Origin: Perkinsela sp. CCAP 1560/9 | Lineage: Eukaryota; Protista; Euglenozoa: Kinetoplastea | Reading direction: 5' to 3' | NCBI GenBank assembly: GCA_965644495.1 | Contig: CBFFSA010000094.1 | Coordinates: forward strand, 1 to 10,495 | DNA: 10,495 nucleotides | Shown here: in pieces, positions 1-8,000 of the stretch | Numbering within the stretch: position 1 is the first letter of the stretch | How the letters are laid out: each line of letters starts with the position of its first letter | Notes under the pieces: model-generated | The model's input: the letters and a program-made list of their open reading frames with translations, nothing else | Database searches by the model: none | Told to the model about the DNA's origin: nothing | Position numbers and translations under genes: made by a program

Positions 1-3000
1 TGTGAATTTCCAGTTGAGTCCGATGAAGTTTTTTCACTTCCTTCATAGATGAGAAAAGTTTTTCGAGCTCATCTTTTTCGGATCCCTGTTCTTCGAATGG
101 GAGGATGCTTGGTTGACAAACATCATATGGGATATCAATAACAGGACCATCAATTGACCCAACAAAGAGCCCTACCGCCCCACCGTAATCAGCTGGTGAA
201 CTCTTCTCCATTCCAACCGTCATCAGTTTTGACGCAACTTTCGCGTCAAGCATATCCACAAGAAGAGTATCAGAGGCCCAGATTTTTACGAGCTTGAAGA
301 CGTTTGGATCTGTACCTTTTTCTCGAATCATTTGAATCAAATGAGACCCAGTCGCAAGTAATGAGTGTGCCCACAAGAGAGCCTCGACTCCAACCGTCGG
401 GGTGCTTGGGTTGATAATCTCAGCAAAAAGTTCTGTAACTCCTGGAATCATCCGACCCTTGAAGTGCGGGTGATTATTCATCAAAACCGGTCGCAAATTT
501 GTTCTCGACTTTGGTGGGGTGAAAGGAGAATGCAAATGAAAATTGTGTCTGCCCGATCGGTGCATCGCAACCCAAGGAAATGCATGAGGTTCAAAGTACT
601 GAGTTGGCTGTTGGTCCTCCCCTTCATTTGGTACCAACGAGAGCGCACTCGAGAAGGGTTTGAAAGTAGTTTTCATCGCGTTTGCGAGTTCTACACAAAT
701 ATCCCAGGTTGAATCAGTGGCACATATTGGCAGAGCCTTGTATGCACCCGGTTTGAAATAAACTTTAACAACACCACCCAAAGGAGCTCCAGATAAGGGA
801 GAATAGATTAATGATTTGACAAGTTGAGGCATCATCTCTTCGAGACAATCAGAGGTGAACCGTAATCCACATTTGTCGAGGAAGGAGATGTATTCTACGA
901 GGGCGAATCCATATCCAGGGTCTGATTTCAAACAACGAATAAAATATTGTTCCGCACCAACCAAGTCACGTCTGCGGAACAAAAACAATGCATATAAACA
1001 AAGAGTTTGAGGGTCCTTAGTATCAGTCAGAACTAGGCGGGTCAAATATTCATTTGCGGGAACAATTTCGGGGGTGTTTTCAGCGAAAAATATATCCTGA
1101 TTCATGTTCGCAGATTTTGCTTCTTGTGTAGCTTTCAGAAGAAGCAAACGAAAGTAAGAGAGGGATAAATTCAAAAGAGTCTCTTTGTTTGCATTACTGT
1201 TCAGTGCCAGCAAATACTTTTCAATTGCCTATTATAAATTGAGTAAATAGGTTTTTTTGAATGTGAAGATAAGTTTTACTCACCCGCTCAAGAAGCTCAA
1301 TTTCAAGTAAAGGGTCTTTTGCTTCGAGTGATCTCAGATAGAAGAAATTTCCATGCGACAAACATACAATGTCCATACTTTTAACACGGTCACCAACCTC
1401 AAGTAAATCCAACATTCCCAATGGTTCTTTGGACCTTCGATCAAAAAAACATTCATTTCTTTTCAAGAATAAAGAAAAAATAAGTTTTTAGTGAAAAGAG
1501 AAACCTAAAGTGTGAGATAATTCTCAACTTATCGAACAGATCAGATCCAAACTCAAGACCAGTCAGCTCTTGGATCCTGGTAAATGTTATTCTCAAGAAG
1601 AGGCCATCATGGGTTTTAAGAATCGCACTACAAAGATCTTTTTTCTTGATTGGGAGTTTGTCAACACTAAAGTGGTGGCTCAGAAGTTGAGGAAGAGACG
1701 TTTCCCACCATTCTCGTTGAGTTTTGGAGCTCCCAAAGATCATGTTGAGGAATGAGATGATAAGCTTCCTGTAAGGAACCTGGATTTTTTGAAAGAAGGT
1801 TAAAACAAAGAGAGAATTAGAATTATAAAAAAAATCTGATCTTCAATTCTGTGAATTTGAAACAAAAAAAAAACGAACCTCTTGCGGTAACATGAGCTCC
1901 TGGACTTTTTCTCGAAGTTGCTGATTTAACTCATTCTTAATTATTCTCGCAATTGCTTCAGTGAGCAGACAAAGGATCAGTGGTTGTACATCAGAGGTGT
2001 CTTGTTTATCGAGTTGATCTGATTGGCGATCTGATTGGTGATCTGATTTTATGTAGCTCCCTTTGTGTTTTTTCTTCTTTTGGATCAAAGAGGAAAACCC
2101 TGAAATAATTGATTGAGGTGTCTCCTGATGCTTCTGTTCTGATGTTTCTTTTTTGACACTCGATTGGTTGGTGGTTGAGAAGGCCAAGGGATATTTGGCG
2201 AGCAAGCAAGCGATGACATTGCCAATATACCGCAAGTTAACACCACTCGAGTGCATATGCATTTTCAGATCTAGTAGCTCTGGATCTTTAACCATATCAT
2301 AAATCTGTTATGTCAAAAAAAAATGTGTCAAAAAAATGTTTGTGTAAGGGCAAAATTTGGGCAGGAAAGAAGGTAAGAAAATGACCTGAATGAGAGAATC
2401 CGCACAAGAAGGAATTACAACCCTCATCAAATGCTGTGTCGCTTCCTTCACTTCTTGGTTATATTCTTTTCTTTGAGGATCTTTTATAACAAATGAAGAA
2501 AATGCGTCGGAGCAGAGAGGCCGCCCATATTTTACCAAAAACTCTCTCCTAAAAAGGCGATAAAGGTGACCATTGTGAAACCTTTTGTCTGGTGTAACAG
2601 GGGGCATTGTGCGAGAAAAGTCGAGTAAATAATATTTCCCATCGGTTCCTAAATGCCCTTCTATATCCGCAGCAGAGGTCAAGCGAACCGGAGCGAGAAA
2701 ACCACACAAGTGAGGCTTCAAGTTCAGAGATTTCGACGCTTTTTCCATGATTGTGCAAAATTTAGGGTCTTCATTGTAAATTGTAGCTCCTGTAATTTCG
2801 TTTTGAATAACTTATCTTTGAACTGGCTGTCAAAGTAAAAAAGGAAAATTTAAGGCAAACCAGCATCATTTGTTCCGTAGATCAAACTATCTCTACTGAC
2901 CGGAAGGACACAGATCGCAACAACACGAAATCCGCGATAGTCTACAAGAGCCATTAAAGGAAGGTGAATGGCTTCCAGTTGTAAGCTTGAGTATGTCATC

Positions 3001-4701
3001 AGGCCTTTTAATTCATGCCCAGAAACTGTAAAAAATCCAATGAATAAAATCCTTTTTGATCATGAAACAAAAAAGAGACAAAAACAAACCCTTGGCAGCA
3101 GCTAAATCAGATCCTTGGAAAAGGTCATGACAATCTAAGGAAAACTTAAATAAAATGTTATGAACGATAAACTTTTCACCACCAGCTCGACCCCCCAAAG
3201 TCGCAGGACGAATGACCTTTTGATCAAATGGTAAGCAAACTTCAGAAATAATCATCTTGCCAACAGCCCGTGCCGCAGACACAAAATCTTCGCTGAGGTT
3301 CATCAATTCGGAATTGATAATCTTTCGTTCATAGTTTCCAATCTCTAAACTCGATCCCATTCCAAGGCCCAGCCCTCCTTCGCTTGTAGTTTCCTCTGAA
3401 ACTCGCTCATGAAGTCGTTTGAGACATGTCTGGAACCGCAAATTCCATTGATTGAGGGTAGAAATCGCCTGATCGTCTAATTGTTTGTGATTTGTATCAC
3501 TTATCTTTGAATCATCTTTCGATTCAGACTCAAAAGCGGGTGCGGTGATCTCATCTTCTGAGTCATCCTCGCCGAATAAGGAGTAGCAATCTTCCACGGT
3601 TTGTCTCTTTGGTTTGAAATCAACATCAGTTTCGAGATCAAAAACAATCTCGTCATAAAGATCTTCGTGGGTGCCTCCTCTTTCTTTCTTCTTTTTCTCT
3701 TCCTCCTTTTGTTTTTTTTCTTCTTCTTTTGCGGATGAATCATCTTCCCCATCATCATCATCAAAAAGGTTGTAACAATTTTCGACTTTTCGTTGACCAG
3801 TCAGATAGATTTCAGCATTTTCACCTTCAAACGTGCCACTAAAATCTAAAGGCTCTGGCATGGCATCTTCTTCATTCTTTGTCTCTTTTTCATCTTCAAA
3901 CTCAAAATTATGATCATAACCCTCTCCCCTGGCGGTGGCAATTTCGGTATGAGTTGTTTCGGTTTCAGAAGAAAGAGAAGAGAGATTATGTTGAAGAGGA
4001 TGATCAATAATTTGGAAAGAAGAGTGTGGTTCACGCGGGGGGGGATTGGGAGGTTGAGAGGTGGGGTCGGGTGTGCACATGTTCAAGAAACCAATTGCCC
4101 CAGAAGGTATTGCAGAAAGAGCGGATGGGTCAAATGATATGTCTTCGCTGATTGGTCTTTTGCTTGGTTGCTTGTTGGTTTCTTCATTGTGTTTTTTGCC
4201 TCCTTTCTTTCCTTTCTTCTTTTTCTTCTTCTTTTCTTTCGTGGTTTGTTCGGGGTTTGGAGCTGAGCCAGGTTTTTTTTCGGTTGTGTCTTTTGAGATT
4301 TGGGATGAAAGTTTTGATTGAAGAAGGCGAATACGGGGTTGATTTGTTTGACCGAGTCGTTTCAAGAGAGTTGCTCGATAACCATCATTTTGTTGAAGAT
4401 ATCCCTCGAGGTCCATGTCTAACAAATAAGAGGACATGAATTGACTTTGGATTTCCTATTTTTTTTTTGTGGTTAAAGAGAGAAGAGGGGGGATTGTATT
4501 TTTTTCTTTTGGAGAAGGAGAAGATCTTACAGGTTGTTGTTTTCGTCGATAGGAGTCTTTGGAACGACGATACTCTTCCAACTCATCTTTTCGTAACTGG
4601 AGCAAGGCTTTCAACTCAGAGATCTCCTCTTTCTTCCGTTTCAATAGAGATGACAAATCTGAGACTTCCTTTTTCAAGATTTTTTCCTTTTCATCCTCCA
4701 T
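1..4701 (-). CDS. Clu-domain multidomain protein (coiled-coil, Clu, CLU-central, TPR-like, RA-like, REM-like); 3' end runs off the window
   Basis: Hand-built model, exons on the minus strand: 4701-4531, 4455-3090, 3025-2861, 2789-2386, 2304-1879, 1779-1505, 1434-1284, 1228-<1. All 7 introns (55-99 nt) are GT..AG with consistent phases (0,1,1,0,0,2,0). This gives 4186 coding nt (about 1395 aa) with no stop. The joins rebuild Clu motifs such as AAAKVSGHELKGL and IYGTNDAGATI. No symbol is given because the architecture differs from canonical Clu1/CLUH/CluA. Confidence 0.9.
220..457 (-). other. RasGEF N-terminal (REM)-like helical segment, putative and degenerate
   Basis: GVTELFAEIINPSTPTVGVEALLWAHSLLATGSHLIQMIREKGTDPNVFKLVKIWASD parallels the REM consensus (..e.L...L.......v..fLlt...f.t...Ll..l....V..vlk.W). 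Matched by eye only. Confidence 0.4.
529..772 (-). other. Ras-association (RA)/ubiquitin-like beta-grasp domain, putative
   Basis: VVKVYFKPGAYKALPICATDSTWDICVELANAMKTTFKPFSSALSLVPNEGEDQQPTQYFEPHAFPWVAMHRSGRHNFHLH. It follows the RA/FERM-F1 pattern: beta1 (vKVY), g.YK.l.i, helix (t..di...la), aL.lV, a .l.p.e.P equivalent and a terminal F.L strand. Matched by eye only. Confidence 0.6.
866..1228 (-). other. TPR-like helical repeats following the Clu region
   Basis: Translation gives AIEKYLLALNSNANKETLLNLSLSY and DPQTLCLYALFLFRRRDLVGAEQYFIRCLKSDPGYGFALVEYISFLDKCG. These fit the TPR pattern (YA.FL....d...AE.yf..cL..dP). TPRs C-terminal to Clu are typical of the family. Confidence 0.7.
1350..3447 (-). 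other. Clu (clustered mitochondria) domain plus CLU-central-like region
   Basis: Recognisable motifs in order: QWNLRFQ, GGRAGGEKFIVHNILFKF, AAKVSGHELKGL, LPLMALVDYRGFRVVA, IYGTNDAG, LNLKPH, DIEGHLGTDGKYYLLDFSRTMPP, LYRLFRREF, PLCSDAFSSF, MHSSGVNLRYIG, EAIARIIKN, FLNMIFG, DLLEVGDRVKSMDIV. Boundaries are approximate. Confidence 0.88.
2013..2046 (-). repeat. 12-bp coding repeat (SDHQ SDRQ SDQ) in a loop insertion of the Clu protein
   Basis: The minus strand reads tcagatcaccaa tcagatcgccaa tcagatcaac. Confidence 0.8.
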
Positions 4702-5013
4702 TGCAACAAAATTTTCAACAACAACAGAAACAAAAACAACAAAAAAACAAAAACAAAAACAACAACAGAGAATCTTGCCTTCCTTTCCAAAAAGAAAAAA
4801 AAAAAGGAAAACCAAAAAAAGAAAAAAAAGAGGATCAAGAAAATCCAACCGCGTAAAAAACAAAAAAGGTTTTTTTAAGGGTCCGAAAAAAGTTTTAGTT
4901 TTGTGTTTTTGTGTTTCTGGGTCTTTGCACAGACACCACTGTGGTCTTCTCTCTCTCTCTGTGGCCGGGTGTTTGTCTAGGTTGGTCTCTCTGGCCACTT
5001 TTCCTTTCTCAGA
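4702..5013. promoter_or_regulatory. Putative bidirectional promoter and 5' UTRs between head-to-head genes
   Basis: 312 bp separate ATG 4701 (-) and ATG 5014 (+). The plus strand is A-rich up to about 4867 and T/pyrimidine-rich afterwards, so the strand skew flips near the midpoint. Confidence 0.65.
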
Positions 5014-8000
5014 ATGGAGCTCCAAGCCATGGTAACAACAGCGAAGAAGTTCGACAAATTGGGGGTACAGGGGAAAACAAGAGTTACAAGAACGTCTACC
5101 GTCCCGGTTCGAAAGTTTTCTGAGAACCCTGTTGGAAGTCGCGCTTCTTCTCACATGGAGTTTCGAAGTGGTGGTGATGATTCCATCTCTGATCGTTTTA
5201 TTGGTGAGTGGAAGATGGGCGAAGAGTTGGGGAAAGGGCTTTGTGGTGTTGTCAAGAGAGCTATCAGCCGCAAAACCGGGAAGAAGGTTATTTTTTTTTT
5301 GTTTTATTTTTTATTTTTTATGAAAGAAATGATGAGGTAGAAAAAAAAGGAAGTCGAGAAAAGGAAAGTAATTATCAAGAATAACAAATTAGTAAAGAAA
5401 GAAGAGGCTGAAATACAAATATTGTTCAGGCTGCAATTAAAATTGTCCATCTCGAAACTTTATTGAAATCGTTCTTGGACTACAACGTCACTTTGGAGAC
5501 ACTTGTGGAAAACCTGGAGAGAGAAATCAAAATTATGAGTATGTTGCATCACCGCAACATCATCCACCTTGAAGATGCTTTGTCTATTAAAGGAACTGTG
5601 TATATTTGTATGGATTTGGTTGAGGGAGTTGATTTGTTGCATTGTATTCCTCCTGAGGGTCTTCCGGAGGAAGTGATGAAAGATTATTTTTTTCAACTTG
5701 GGAGTGCAATATCTTATTGTCGTTCTCAAAATGTATTTCTTTCTTTTTTTTTTGTTTGTTTTGTGGTGGCCACACAAATTGTGTTTCATTTGGATCTCAC
5801 ATAAAACCAAAAAACAGGTTATTCATGGAGACTTAAAACCAGAGAACATTTTAATTCGAAGACAAGACAATCGTGTCAAATTAATCGATTTTGGTTTTTC
5901 TCATATAGTTCGCCAAGGAGAACCCGTCAAGGTTTCCCCCCCCCCCCCCTCTTTCTTTTCCTCTTCTGCCTTTTCTTTTGTCTTATTGAATCAATCATAT
6001 TCCTCTTTCTCTCTCTCCCTTCATTTTTAGGTTCTGGGAGGAACAGTTGTATATTCCCCACCTAGTGATACCGCGATGACTTTTGGATGGGACGATTGGT
6101 CTTGTGGTGTCATATTGTATGCTATGGCCTTTTCTTCTCTCCCCTTTTCAGCTGTAGATATTATGTCGAGTTCTGTTCTGTCTTTAAATATCCCTGAAGA
6201 TGTTTCTGACGGTTTGTGGGATACTTTTTTTCATAATAATCCTTCTTCCTCTTTGATTGACATCTTTTTTAAAAAAAAACCAAGGACTTGTTGATATTTT
6301 CTGTGATCTTCTTAATGCGGATCAATTTCAGAGAAAATCAGTTGGTGAGGTTCTTCAAACTTCTGACTGGCTTGCAGATCATAAAAAGAAATACGAGAGT
6401 GAACTTCGAACCCTGAAACAAACAGACAGTTCACACGTTCCAACTCCTCGTTCTAATCAAAAGGTTTGGTTTCGAACCTTTCAATTCCACGGAGAAAAAA
6501 GAAGGATTTTTTTGATTGACTATTTTTTTGTAGCCACGACGTAGAACAGTACACCGCCGACCCTCAGGGCTGCCTTTGACGAGCGAAGACTCCAATCCTC
6601 AGGGTCGATTCCAAAAATCTCGAAAAAGAAAGAAGAAAAGAAAGCACCTTTCTGAAGAAAGAAAATCCATTGAGGGATCGCCAAGGTATGAACAGGGTGA
6701 AAAGAAAAAACGGAAGAGCACCCGGGGAGCGGACATTGCGGTACCAACGCCTACCAAGGTTTTCTTCTTCTTCATTTTTTTTGTTGTAGCATTGAAAAAG
6801 CCCCCTCATTGGTTTTCATTCTCTAGGAGCGACGAAAAGGAGACGAGAAAGAGAAAGTAGATGAAAAAGAAAAAGGAATTGAAAAGGAAAAGAAATTGAG
6901 TGAAAAAGAAAAGGTGGATGATAAAGTTTCCCGAAAAAAGTCTGCACAAGAAGAATTCGGCCAGGTCTCATTAAAAAAATTGGACCAACCGGAGTTTGCT
7001 GAAGAAGATTCATGGAATGACGGGAACGAAGCAACCAGGTGTGAATCAGAGACGATATTTTCGAGACCTCCCCCCCTCTCTGCTGGAGGTGGATCGAGAC
7101 ATTCGAAAAGAGGAAAGAAACAAACCTTGGAGGTTGGTTCTTCTGACCGAACTAAACGTGCTGTTTCTCCGAGTCCTTTCAGGAAATTCTTTGGTGTGAG
7201 TAAGAAAAAATCAATGGGAGGGAGTGATGAAGAACACGATGGCGAAAGTTATGAAGCAGGATCTGGATCTGGATCTGGATCAACAACAAGACCACCAGTT
7301 ACTCATTCAACATCATCCACAACCCTCTCTGAGGTTCGGAATTCGAGAACAAATCTTTCATCACCTCGGGCCTTTGAACGAGAAGAGCCAAAGCATCAGA
7401 AGACAATGACTCTCGGTATCTTTGATGACGTTTTTAAGCCCACCAAAAAGTTTGTGTCCATGTTGGCGAGACAGACAAGCTCAGAAATGACGAAGGCTCA
7501 TAGTGTAGAGGATTCAATTTCGAGTATGGGTCCAATCACAGGTGCAAACACACCAGTATTTTTGACAGAAGCGACTGGGTTTGATTTTGTGAATGATCCA
7601 GATGGGTTAAGAATTGAAGAAGCTGGGACAACCCCACGAAGCATGGGACAGCCACAGGGAATCCCTGGTTTTTCAGCGACAGAAAGAGTCTCCAGTGTAA
7701 TTGGAGATTTTGAGACCGATTCTGATGCTCTTGTTCATGAACCCTCCGTTCGGAGTCGAAAATTTTCTGCTGTAGGACCAGGTAGTAAAGTGGGGACTGG
7801 CGTACCACAAGGTGTTCCAGGATTGAGCGCGAGTGGTGTTCCTCAAGGAGTTGGTTTTGCTGCGATTGGTGTTCCTCAAGTACTTCCAGGATTAAGTGGG
7901 AGTGGTGTTCCTCAAGGAGTTCCAGGATTAAGTGGGAGTGGTGTTCCTCAAGGAGTTCCAGGATTAAGTGGGAGTGGTGTTCCTCAAGGAGTTCCTGGAT

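Noticed and set aside
365-712. 115-aa plus-strand ORF
   Set aside because: It lies antisense to the 1228-nt open exon of the Clu gene and has no independent coding features.
1-4701. Naming the gene clu1/cluA/CLUH
   Set aside because: It shares the Clu domain, but no CLU_N region was recognised, the TPR block is short and extra C-terminal modules are present. Orthology cannot be shown without a phylogeny.
4467-5035. Plus-strand ORFs 4467..4856 and 4559..5035
   Set aside because: They are antisense to Clu exon 1 plus A-run-derived poly-Lys/Gln/Asn, with no recognisable motifs.
4456-5154. 232-aa minus ORF as a standalone gene overlapping the kinase start
   Set aside because: Only 4701-4531 looks coding (coiled-coil, GTAAGA donor, in-frame splice to 4455). 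The upstream part translates T-rich intergenic DNA and kinase antisense.
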